From: Geopsychrobacteraceae bacterium
GTDB taxonomy: Bacteria; Desulfobacterota; Desulfuromonadia; Desulfuromonadales; Geopsychrobacteraceae
Reading direction: 5' to 3'
Assembly (NCBI GenBank): GCA_963662315.1
Contig: OY759353.1
Location: 224,001 to 288,000, forward strand
DNA: 64,000 nucleotides
Position 1 is the stretch's first letter, and each line of letters opens with the position of its first letter. The notes beneath the pieces are model-generated. The model saw only the letters and a program-made list of their open reading frames with translations. It made no database searches and was not told the DNA's origin. The translations under genes were made by a program, and so were the position numbers. Below, one piece after another: positions 51,618 to 60,633 of the stretch.

Positions 51618-52248
51618 GCCGGGTCCCGGCCCTGCAGCCGGGTTCATTTTTCCCAGCGATGGAAAAACGAACCAAAAAGATCTTTGAAGGTCAAACACAC
51701 TGACGATAGGTGTATGGGACTACGTTTCAACGTTACAGGGTGAAATTAACCGGCAGCCCACGCTGCTTCGCAGCTAACGGGCAAGAGTGCTTGTTGATAG
51801 GTATACTGTCCTGGGTCTATCGGTTTTCGTTATTAACCCATCATCAATAAATAATGCGGTTCTGGCCATCAGGCGCGATTTGAGCCGTCAGGCCGGCTGG
51901 TTAATTGCTGGTTGTCTCTTTGTGTCCAACGACGCCCGAACACGGACATATAAAAAGGGCTTTTTGTGCTTACTATTTTTAGCCTGATTGTGAAAAATAG
52001 TAAGGCACAGTGTGGGGGCGCAACCCCACGACTTTGATATGATTTTGACTGTTTCATTTCAATCAATAAAGTCTTAAGACCGCCGGGTCCCGGCCCGGCA
52101 GCCGGGTTCATTTTTCCCAGCGATGGAAAAACGAACCAAAAAGATCTTGTAAGGTCAAGGTAACTGACGATAGCTGTGTTGGACTACGTTTGAACATTGC
52201 AGGGTGCAACTAACTGGCAGCCCACGCTGCTATCGCAGCTAACGGGCA
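51618..52248 (+). repeat. Structured repeat element, cluster 2: full copy (51618-52029), linker, 5' partial copy (52082-52248)
   Basis: Same conserved blocks as clusters 1 and 3; start-to-start distance 464 bp. Confidence 0.95.
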
Positions 52249-52352
52249 AAGGGCTGTAGAGGAGAATTATTGTGCTGCTGGCTTTACGGGTTGTTGCTAC
52301 TGAATGCTTAATAGTATTAACTAGTTAAAGAGATGTTTTAAACGGACAAGTA

Positions 52353-52380
52353 GAGCGCCTCTGGTGCGTCAGAGGCGCTC
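52353..52380 (-). terminator. Hairpin downstream of the rhodanese remnant
   Basis: GAGCGCCTCTG...CAGAGGCGCTC 11-bp perfect stem. Confidence 0.55.
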
Positions 52381-52397
52381 TGCTTGCCATAGTTTAC

Positions 52398-52732
52398 TTA
52401 GTGTTTCTTCTCAAAGGTATAGCTGCCATCAGCCTTCACAATAATGGTAGCGTCCAGATACTGCAGGTTGCTTTTGTTGCCATAGTCGGTATCCAGAATC
52501 GCATAGAAAGCACCACCGGCACGGCTGCCAGTTGCACAGTGGAGGGCGATGCGGCCCTCTTTGGCCAGTTTATTCAGGTTTTGAGGCAGAAGCGGCTTGG
52601 GAATATTGACGGCACGTGGCCTTCTTCAAACTTAACGGCAGGACGCGCATCAATCAGCTGGAATGACTTATTCTGCTCCAGTGTTTCTGTCACCTGTGTC
52701 GCACCGGCAAACTCTTTTCTGAACAGCTCCAT
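52398..52732 (-). pseudogene. Frameshifted rhodanese-domain remnant
   Basis: FQLIDARPAVKFEEGHVP in one frame continues in another as AVNIPKPLLPQNLNKLAKEGRIALHCATGSRAGGAFY...FEKKH*; frameshift near 52612. Confidence 0.75.
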
Positions 52733-52740
52733 CACTTCCT

Positions 52741-52941
52741 GAGCGTCTCGGTGAACTTCCTGCGGACAAGATTATTGTCACCACCTGTCCGCATAAGGAT
52801 CGGGCGATTATTGCCATGACCTACCTGCGCTCTAAAGGGATTGCCGCGCGTTATTTAACCGACGGGCTGCTTGGGCTGCTGGCCAATCTGAGAGGCGATG
52901 ATGCCAAGTATTTTCTGGAGATGTATAAGCAGAACAAATAG
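52741..52941 (+). pseudogene. 3' remnant of a second rhodanese/sulfurtransferase gene
   Basis: ERLGELPADKIIVTTCPHKDRAIIAMTYLRSKGIAARYLTDGLLG...NK*; the N-terminal half of the domain is missing. Confidence 0.7.
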
Positions 52942-52944
52942 CTG

Positions 52945-54735
52945 TCATTCCTGCTTTGCATTGTTTTGAAATACCGCACCTTCAATGCGGTTTCTGCCAT
53001 TGTTTTTGGCTTTGTAAAGCAGAGCGTCACATGCATTGAGCAGCTCTTCGGCTTGAACTTCCTGTGCACCGGTCAGGGTCAATACGCCGATACTCACAGT
53101 CACATGATCTGAAACTTTCGAGCCTTTATGGGGAAAGGCCAGGGTTTCAATCCCGCACCGAACCTGTTCTGCCAGTGCCAGGGCATCTTGATGCTCAGTT
53201 GCCGGCAGGATACAGACAAATTCTTCACCACCATAGCGGGCGACCGTGTCCGTTGGGCGCTTAAGTGTTTTTGCAAAGACCAGCGCTGTGGCCCGAAGAC
53301 AGTCATCTCCGTGTAAATGGCCATAGATGTCATTGAATTGTTTAAAGTAATCTATGTCCACCAAAAACAGCGAGAGCGGCGCCCCGGACCGGTTTTGACG
53401 TTTAATTTCACTGGTGAAGGTTTCATCAAAAAGGCGCCGGTTCACCAGACCGGTCAGCGAATCTTTGCTGGCCAATTTGGCCAGTTCCCGGTTCATGGTT
53501 TCGATTTCGCGCGTTGACGTGTCAATCAGGCGGTGCAGGGCGCGCATGGTACGGAACTGCCGTGATTCTTCCAATTTGGGATCATACTTTTCTGAGTCTG
53601 ATGCCGCTTCAGGATCTCCTTCGGAGAGGGACAAAACGGTCATCGTCTGGCTGAAGAAATACGGCTTTCCGGATTTATGACTGAAATATTCGCCGTAGCA
53701 GAAGAACCCGCAGGCCGGTGCAAGGTCTTCCAGCGATGACAGTTCCACCGTAATATCTGCGCCCAGGATCCACTTCCGGGAGACACAGGAGTAGATGAAA
53801 ATCGATTGCGGATTGTAGGCGCGCACCTCTTCATTGATCAGCTGAGAGCCAATCGCCAGCAGTCCGGCGTGGCAGAAGCCGAAGCGTAACTGTTCCCCGG
53901 GATAGAAGTCGTGGATATAATGAAACGATCCATCCTCGTTGACGCCCGTAGCATGGATCGCCATGGGAATACCGTCGCGTTCGATAATCAGGGGAAAATC
54001 GGCAGCGGACAAAGGCAGGCCGTCAGCAACTTCCTGCCCCAGATAGTGGGCGTAAATGTCATAGGGGGACATGTCGTCAATGGAATAGACGACCGGTCCC
54101 TGGGCTTCGGTGATGGTCAGTTTTTTGCCGATGGGAACCCAGCTCAGGTTGTAGGCGTTATCCGCTCTGAGTGCCTTGCCGGATAATGATGCTGTTGCAA
54201 CCCCGTGTTCGGTCAGTCCGTGCTGAGTGAACACAAAAGTTATCGCGCCTTTACCGTTATCTCCAGCCTGTCCGCCGGCAATGATGGCACTACCGCTGCG
54301 GGAATGGATGGCATCCAGCAGTGGTTCGCCATTGATTGTGTGCTTGTTCTTGAGCCCGCAGCCGAGCACGATAAGCGCTTTGGTATCAGGCTGGCACAGC
54401 GTATCTCCGATGTCCTGCCCGGCGCGCACCAGATCATCATTTTGGGTGACAAGGTGGGAGCAGACACGCGAGTGTTCAAACAGCGAAATGCTGATCAGAA
54501 TCTGTCCGTCCAGAGAGAGGGCAGCGATAATCTCACCAGCGGTGCTGGTTCCGATCAGGGGTACGCCGGGAAAACATTGGGTGATGTGTGAGACAAGCTC
54601 AAGAACGACAGCTTGATCCTGTTCGCCACTGAAGATCTGAATCAGAACCTGGTCCGGGGGGTAAGAAAGCACCTGATCCTTCACGGCGCTCAGATCGGCA
54701 TAATCGTTATAGACGATATTGATAGTTTTGATCAT
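52945..54735 (-). CDS. FIST-domain diguanylate cyclase
   Basis: GTSTAGEI, AGGQAGD, YSCVSR, GFFCYGE (FIST N/C), then DSLTGLVNRR, RPTD I-site, RYGGEEF. Confidence 0.92.
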   Translation of the reverse strand: MIKTINIVYNDYADLSAVKDQVLSYPPDQVLIQIFSGEQDQAVVLELVSHITQCFPGVPLIGTSTAGEIIAALSLDGQILISISLFEHSRVCSHLVTQNDDLVRAGQDIGDTLCQPDTKALIVLGCGLKNKHTINGEPLLDAIHSRSGSAIIAGGQAGDNGKGAITFVFTQHGLTEHGVATASLSGKALRADNAYNLSWVPIGKKLTITEAQGPVVYSIDDMSPYDIYAHYLGQEVADGLPLSAADFPLIIERDGIPMAIHATGVNEDGSFHYIHDFYPGEQLRFGFCHAGLLAIGSQLINEEVRAYNPQSIFIYSCVSRKWILGADITVELSSLEDLAPACGFFCYGEYFSHKSGKPYFFSQTMTVLSLSEGDPEAASDSEKYDPKLEESRQFRTMRALHRLIDTSTREIETMNRELAKLASKDSLTGLVNRRLFDETFTSEIKRQNRSGAPLSLFLVDIDYFKQFNDIYGHLHGDDCLRATALVFAKTLKRPTDTVARYGGEEFVCILPATEHQDALALAEQVRCGIETLAFPHKGSKVSDHVTVSIGVLTLTGAQEVQAEELLNACDALLYKAKNNGRNRIEGAVFQNNAKQE

Positions 54736-54936
54736 AGGCGCTCATGTCTTTGCCGGTTAAGTTGTGAGTATGCTATTCATCTGCACGATCTTGAGTATAC
54801 CAAGTGCGTCAATATTCACGCAGCGCCCCCTCCACGAATCTGCCTTCCCCCCGGGTCGAGCTGATAAGTGAATTCCGATCAGTATGTGATAGGTTGGATT
54901 TTAATTCAACACAAAGGAAGGTATTGACCGATAACC

Positions 54937-56136
54937 CTATTCAGATCTTAAGGCATCGATAGGGTCAAGACGTGCCGCCCGCCAGGCTGGCCACACGCCG
55001 GCAAGCAGGCCGATGAGGATCGCCAGCCCTTCGGCAATGAGCAGGTATTCCAGGCGCGGGATGAACGGCAACGCCGGGATCGCCAGGTGCAGCGCGGCAA
55101 GCCCGGCCAGACCTAAGAGCATACCGGTGAGTCCCCCTAGCGCCCCAAGAATAGCTGCTTCGGCCAGGAACAGTTGCAGGATGAGCCCCGGTGTGGCACC
55201 AAGGGCGGTCAGTAGCCCGATCTCGGTTCGGCGTTCGGCGATAGCGATGGTCATCAAGGTGAGGATGCCGACCCCGCCGGTGAACAGGGCGATGCCACCC
55301 AGGGCACCAATGGCAAAAGTCAGGATATTCAAGACCTTGTTCAGTGAGGCGAGCATCTGGTCCTGTGATTCAACGGTGAAATCCTCCGATCCGTGGCGCT
55401 CATTCAGGCGGCGCGATAAGCGTTTGACCATGGTCGCGGAACTCTGCTCGGGTGCATAGAGAATGTCGATCTCCATTAAACCGTCGCGGTTGAACAGCTG
55501 CAGGGCCAGGGCGGTGGGAATGTAAACGGCGTCGTCAATATCGAAGCCGAGGATCTGCCCCTTAGGAGCCAGCACGCCGACGACCCGAAAACTGAGGCCA
55601 CCAATGCGGACCTTTTTACCCAGCGGGTTGGCCTGGTCAAACAGTGCGCGCGCCAGGGTATGCCCGAGCATAACCACTGGTCGCGGGGCAATCAGGTCAT
55701 CTTCCGGCAGAAATCTGCCCCGCGCCATGTCCATGGTCCACACTTTTCTAGCGCCTGAATCAGCGCCAATGGCCAGGGTGCGGCGCGAGCGTCCGGCATA
55801 TTCAGCAGTAAGGTTGCCGCTGACCACCGGGGTCATGGCGACGACTCCCGGTACGGTTTTCAGACTTTGGGCATCTTCCAGGGTTAGCGGTCGCTGCGTG
55901 TCAATAATGCTGATGGAAAACCCGGTGGTATTGGCTTTGCCCGGAACGATGGCAATCAGGTGGGTACCGAACTGGGTAAACTGGTGGACCAGATAACGCT
56001 GCAGCCCGGCGCCCAGGCCGGTAAGCATGACCACCGCTGCAATACCGACGGCAATGGCGAGCATGGTCAGCAGCGAACGCAGTCGTTCGGCGGCAAGGGT
56101 ACGCAGGGTGAAGCGGCTCAGGTCGACAGGGCGCAT
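54937..56136 (-). CDS. MacB/FtsX-family ABC permease
   Basis: LRSLLTMLAIAVGIAAVV, ERRTEIGLLTALGA, PAWRAARLDPIDALRSE. Confidence 0.92.
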   Translation of the reverse strand: MRPVDLSRFTLRTLAAERLRSLLTMLAIAVGIAAVVMLTGLGAGLQRYLVHQFTQFGTHLIAIVPGKANTTGFSISIIDTQRPLTLEDAQSLKTVPGVVAMTPVVSGNLTAEYAGRSRRTLAIGADSGARKVWTMDMARGRFLPEDDLIAPRPVVMLGHTLARALFDQANPLGKKVRIGGLSFRVVGVLAPKGQILGFDIDDAVYIPTALALQLFNRDGLMEIDILYAPEQSSATMVKRLSRRLNERHGSEDFTVESQDQMLASLNKVLNILTFAIGALGGIALFTGGVGILTLMTIAIAERRTEIGLLTALGATPGLILQLFLAEAAILGALGGLTGMLLGLAGLAALHLAIPALPFIPRLEYLLIAEGLAILIGLLAGVWPAWRAARLDPIDALRSE

Positions 56137-56138
56137 AG

Positions 56139-57347
56139 TCAGGCTCCTTTTAACGCCTGCACCGGATCCAGTCGTGCCGCACGGCGGGCCGGCAGCCAGC
56201 CGAACAGCAAGCCTGCACCAAAAGCGGTTCCGGCCGCCGCAAGGTAGGCCCAAAACGGGGTCACGACCGGAAAACTGGGATAGATGCTGGCCAAGAGCAG
56301 GACGCCAGCGCGACCGAGAAGCGTGCCGACACTGGCGCCAAGGGCACTGACCAGCAGGGCTTCGAGCAGAAACAGGCGCAGGATAACCACTCGTGGTGCG
56401 CCGAGTGCCATCAACAGACCAACCTCACTGCGTCGTTGACTGACGCTCACCAGCATGACGTTCATGATAATGATTCCGGCGACCACCAGGCTGATCGCGG
56501 CAATGCCGGCCACACTCAAGGTCAGGACACTGAAAATCTGATCAAAGGTGGACAGGACCGCATCCTGCGTGACCAGGGTGAAATCCTCTTCCCCCTGATG
56601 CAGGCCGATCAGTACCCGTCGTGCCGCTTCCTTGACGCCAGGCAAGTGGTTGCGACTGTCAGCCTGGATCAGGATGCGGAACAGGGCCGGGTTGTCAAAC
56701 AGGGCCTGGGCACTGGCGACCGGAATGATGGCCGCTTCATCAAGATTCTGCCCCAATGAAGTGCCCTGTTTACCCAGAATGCCGACAACCCGGAAACGCC
56801 GGTCTCCGAGCCGCAGCCACTGGCCCAAGGGGGACTGGTTCCTGAATAACTCATGGGCCAGCGTCGTGCCGATGACGGTGACGGCCTGCGCTTGGTTCAG
56901 ATCGCCGGGGGGCAAGAATTCGCCACGTCCTATAGACAGATTTCGGGTTTGTTGCAGGCTGGTATCGGAACCGATCAGGGTGGTCTGGCGGGTGTGTGAC
57001 GCGTGACTGATGTCGATGATGCCGATCGAGACCGGAGACACCGCCTCAACATGGGGCAGGCGGCGCAGAGCTTCAACATCACGCAGGGTGAGGTCCCGTT
57101 CTGTTTCGAATATCAATCCGGGGGGACCGCCGCTGCGCTCGGTTTTTCCCGGCAGAACAATCAACAAGTCGCTCCCCAGCTGAGAAAATTCACTCAGAAT
57201 ATATTGTCTGGCCCCCTCGCCAAGAGCGGTCAGCAAAACCACTGCTATAACACCGATGGCCGCAGCCAGAATGACCAGAGCGGTCCGCAGCCTGGCACTG
57301 AGCAGTGAATGCCAGGCAAAACCGAGGTGGTCACGCAGGAGCATCAT
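56139..57347 (-). CDS. MacB/FtsX-family ABC permease
   Basis: GIIIMNVMLVSVSQRRSEVGL, PARRAARLDPVQAL. Confidence 0.92.
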   Translation of the reverse strand: MMLLRDHLGFAWHSLLSARLRTALVILAAAIGVIAVVLLTALGEGARQYILSEFSQLGSDLLIVLPGKTERSGGPPGLIFETERDLTLRDVEALRRLPHVEAVSPVSIGIIDISHASHTRQTTLIGSDTSLQQTRNLSIGRGEFLPPGDLNQAQAVTVIGTTLAHELFRNQSPLGQWLRLGDRRFRVVGILGKQGTSLGQNLDEAAIIPVASAQALFDNPALFRILIQADSRNHLPGVKEAARRVLIGLHQGEEDFTLVTQDAVLSTFDQIFSVLTLSVAGIAAISLVVAGIIIMNVMLVSVSQRRSEVGLLMALGAPRVVILRLFLLEALLVSALGASVGTLLGRAGVLLLASIYPSFPVVTPFWAYLAAAGTAFGAGLLFGWLPARRAARLDPVQALKGA

Positions 57348-58018
57348 GGGTGACGATCCTCGGTGATGCGGCCATCATGCAGCTTGATGGCGCGTGGTGC
57401 CCGCGCACCGATCTCCGGGTCATGAGTAACGACAATCAGGGTGATCCCTTCCGTATTGAGCTTTTCGAGCAGGTCAATAACTTCTGCCCCTGAACGGCTG
57501 TCGAGGTTGCCGGTTGGTTCGTCCGCTAACAGCAGTGGCGGGCGCAGTACTGTGGCGCGGGCTATGGCAACCCGCTGGCACTGCCCGCCGGACAGTTGGT
57601 TGGGGCGGTGATGGGCACGTTCGCTGAGACCTACGGAGATTAAGGCCTGTTCCACTTTAGCGCGGCGTTCGTTGGCCGATATCCCAGACAGGACCAGCGG
57701 CAGAGCGACATTATCATAGGCCGACAGGCGAGCCAGCAGGTGAAAAGACTGAAAAACAAACCCGATGCGGGTGCTGCGCAGGCTGGCACGCTGGTCTTCA
57801 TTCAGATTCTGCGTGTCATGCCCTTCAAGCGAATAAATGCCGAGCGTCGGGCGATCAAGAAGACCGAGGATATTCAGTAGGGTCGATTTGCCGGAACCTG
57901 ACGGGCCCATCAGGGAAATATACTCGCCTGCGTCAATGTGCAGATTAACCTCGGCCAGGGCGTGAACATCGCTGTCTCCGACCCGGTAAAAACGGGAAAG
58001 ATCCTTCAGCTCGATCAT
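57344..58018 (-). CDS. ABC ATP-binding protein (MacB/LolD type)
   Basis: [38 protein letters not shown]. Confidence 0.95.
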   Translation of the reverse strand: MIELKDLSRFYRVGDSDVHALAEVNLHIDAGEYISLMGPSGSGKSTLLNILGLLDRPTLGIYSLEGHDTQNLNEDQRASLRSTRIGFVFQSFHLLARLSAYDNVALPLVLSGISANERRAKVEQALISVGLSERAHHRPNQLSGGQCQRVAIARATVLRPPLLLADEPTGNLDSRSGAEVIDLLEKLNTEGITLIVVTHDPEIGARAPRAIKLHDGRITEDRHP

Positions 58019-59181
58019 TGCCCCGCTCCGTCAGTGGCTGCCGCAGCCACAGCTTCTTTGGCCGTTACGCCGGCCGCAACACCTTCGTCATCAAAATTGA
58101 GCACAATCCGCTCACCTGGCTGTACCCCTTGCGTCACTTCGGTCCAGCGCCAGTTGGCCAGCCCTGTGGTGACCGGGCGCCTTGAGATCAGCCCCGTAGC
58201 GGGATCAAAGATCAGTACGGCATGATCTTCCATGAGAGTTTCGCTGGGCAGGCGTATGACATTGGTGCGCTGATCAAGAATGATTTCGGCATCGGCGCTA
58301 TAGCCCGGAAGCAGCTCAGTTGAGGCGGATGTGTCAACCAAAGCCAGTTCCACGGTAACGAAACGGGCCTGTTTCTCTTTATCTTCGACATAAGCGCCGA
58401 TGCGTCTGACGCGGGCCTCAAGCAGTTGACCACGAAAGGCATCCAGAGAGACGCGGGCCGGCATGTCAATACGCACGGCTGCTGCATCGACTTCGTCAAT
58501 CGGGGCTTCAACATAAATGCAGCCATATTCAACCAGATCGACAGTCGGTGGGGTGGCGATGCCGGGTGGCGACGGGGTGGTAATCTCGAACAACTCACCG
58601 TTCAGCTCGGCGATGATGCCATTAAACGGCGCGCGCACGATGGTGCGGTCGAGTTGAGCGTCGAGTACGGCGAAACGGGCCCTGGTCATGGCGACCTGGG
58701 CCTGACTGGCCTGGCATTGGGCGTGCTGGCTCATTGCCTGGGACTGGGCTTTGTCGGCGCTTTCGGCGGAGACCAACCCTTCCGGGAGCAGATTGTTCTG
58801 GCGGGTTGCTTCACGCTTGGCCTGGCTCGCCAGAGTACAGGCTGCCTGAGCCTGTGCTTGCGCGACTTGCAGTTCCTTTTCGGTCAGGGCACGGTTGGCT
58901 TTGATATCGTCATTCCACAGCTCAACCAGGGTATCCCCCTGTTTAACCTGGGCCCCTTTGTGGAAGGGGAGGCGAATGATCTGGCCACTGATGGAAGGGG
59001 AGAGCTTGGCGCGCCGACACGCGGTTACCGTACCGGCCCGGGTATTGCTGGCGGTTGCCTCAACGGTGCCCCGCTCTACGCTGTACAGGCGAACATAGAC
59101 TGGCTTAGGCCGCTGTATCCACCACCACAAGGACGCGCTGGCAATAATAAAAACACAGATCCAAAGAGTGCGTTTTAGCAT
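58015..59181 (-). CDS. Periplasmic adaptor (MacA/HlyD-type membrane fusion protein)
   Basis: N-terminal TM, lipoyl-like halves (KGAQVKQGDTL; RAPFNGII) around a coiled coil. Confidence 0.9.
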   Translation of the reverse strand: MLKRTLWICVFIIASASLWWWIQRPKPVYVRLYSVERGTVEATASNTRAGTVTACRRAKLSPSISGQIIRLPFHKGAQVKQGDTLVELWNDDIKANRALTEKELQVAQAQAQAACTLASQAKREATRQNNLLPEGLVSAESADKAQSQAMSQHAQCQASQAQVAMTRARFAVLDAQLDRTIVRAPFNGIIAELNGELFEITTPSPPGIATPPTVDLVEYGCIYVEAPIDEVDAAAVRIDMPARVSLDAFRGQLLEARVRRIGAYVEDKEKQARFVTVELALVDTSASTELLPGYSADAEIILDQRTNVIRLPSETLMEDHAVLIFDPATGLISRRPVTTGLANWRWTEVTQGVQPGERIVLNFDDEGVAAGVTAKEAVAAAATDGAGQ

Positions 59182-59470
59182 GACCTGACTCCTGGGGAAC
59201 AGGTGTTGTGTAATGCTGTATCTGTCTTAAAGAATACCACATCACTCAAACAGCGGGTTTCGCGATCTGCGTTGTCAGGCGCGCTGATCGCATACTCGCT
59301 ACCCTGGACCATAACAACTCTTATTCTTTGGATCTTATTAAGGATTTACCGTGTTTGATATATTTAGCTTTACGTGAAAATTAGAATTCTATATTGACAC
59401 GAAATTAGATTAAGCCAATAATGTTTTTGTCGTATGTCAACGCGCTAACATTTTTGCCACGGGTTCAGAG

Positions 59471-60526
59471 GTGATGGGAACAAAGTTCAATTCTGAAGAG
59501 AACTCACAGGATACTTTTCCAGACGCATATGAGCAGATGAAGCAAATGCTGCTTGAGCAGGAAGAAACGATCAAAGCTCTTGAACAGGCGGTTGGCGATG
59601 CCGGCAACCAGCAGTTGACAGCTGAATTTGAAAGTCTGGAAATGCATCAGATCCTTTCAGCAACGGCTGATCCGATCTGGGCCGTTCGTGATGATGGTAT
59701 TGTTATCCGCGCCAATCAGGCCATGCTGGATTTGCTGGGCAAAGATGAGTTCGAGGTTATCGGACAGCGCTGCTCAGATCTGATCAATTTTAGCTGTTGT
59801 CAAGGGGAGGATTGTCCCCTTAAAAACATTAAAAAACGGCAAAGGCATGAAATCGAGCTGTTTTTTAATGGTGAATACTACAGTCTGCTCTCTTCTCCTC
59901 TGATCACCATTGTGGGTACCGAAGCTGTCGTTGGTCATTTCAGAAATATCACCTTTCGTAAACAGACTGAGCAGCAGCTTGAAATGTTGAATAAAAAACT
60001 CGCTGCCGCAGCAAATATTGACGGGCTGACCCAGATTGCCAATCGGCGCTCTTTTAATGAAACTTTTGAGCGCGAATGGTTGCGCCATAAGCGTAATAAA
60101 ATGACTCTGTCGCTGGTCCTGATCGATATCGACTTCTTTAAAAAATATAATGATTACTATGGTCATTCCTCTGGGGATGATTGCCTTATCAAGGTAGCTT
60201 CCGCCTTACAGTCTGCCGTGAAACGGCCAGTCGATCTGGCCGCAAGGTATGGCGGTGAGGAATTTGTTGTGCTGCTGCCGGAAACGCCGATAGAAGGGGC
60301 CATTTGTGTCGCCGAGCGTATTGCAGAGGCTATCGCCGCGCTGCGTATTGAGCATCATGAATCAGAGGTTTTTGACCATGTGACGGTCAGCCAGGGGGCG
60401 GCTTCAATTGATCCTGATGGCGAGCTGAAAGCAGTCAGGCTGATTGAGATGGCTGATGAGGCTCTGTATGCGGCAAAAGAGCGCGGGCGGAATTGTTATG
60501 TGGATTATCATACGCTTAACCCTTGA
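59471..60526 (+). CDS. PAS-domain diguanylate cyclase
   Basis: PAS (IRANQAMLDLLG), DGLTQIANRR, RPVD I-site, RYGGEEF. Confidence 0.92.
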   Translation: MMGTKFNSEENSQDTFPDAYEQMKQMLLEQEETIKALEQAVGDAGNQQLTAEFESLEMHQILSATADPIWAVRDDGIVIRANQAMLDLLGKDEFEVIGQRCSDLINFSCCQGEDCPLKNIKKRQRHEIELFFNGEYYSLLSSPLITIVGTEAVVGHFRNITFRKQTEQQLEMLNKKLAAAANIDGLTQIANRRSFNETFEREWLRHKRNKMTLSLVLIDIDFFKKYNDYYGHSSGDDCLIKVASALQSAVKRPVDLAARYGGEEFVVLLPETPIEGAICVAERIAEAIAALRIEHHESEVFDHVTVSQGAASIDPDGELKAVRLIEMADEALYAAKERGRNCYVDYHTLNP

Positions 60527-60583
60527 GTTTTTGATTTCTCCTGTGTGCGATTGCGCTCATCACATCTTCTCTTCTTAGTTTAA

Positions 60584-60625
60584 AAAAACAATACTGCCGG
60601 GTCCTTGCCCGGCAGTATTGTTTTT
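60584..60625. terminator. Bidirectional terminator-like hairpin at the left edge of the array
   Basis: AAAAACAATACTGCCGGG-TCCTTG-CCCGGCAGTATTGTTTTT, 18-bp perfect stem. Confidence 0.8.
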
Positions 60626-60633
60626 CACTACTA

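Noticed and set aside
50380..52111. Short ORFs inside the repeat clusters (50380-50592, 51504-51743, 51521-51703, 51787-51987, 51869-52111)
   Set aside because: Frames and lengths are not conserved between copies, and indels between copies break the frames.
52401..52742. 113-aa plus-strand ORF
   Set aside because: Antisense to the rhodanese remnant, which carries the recognisable motifs.
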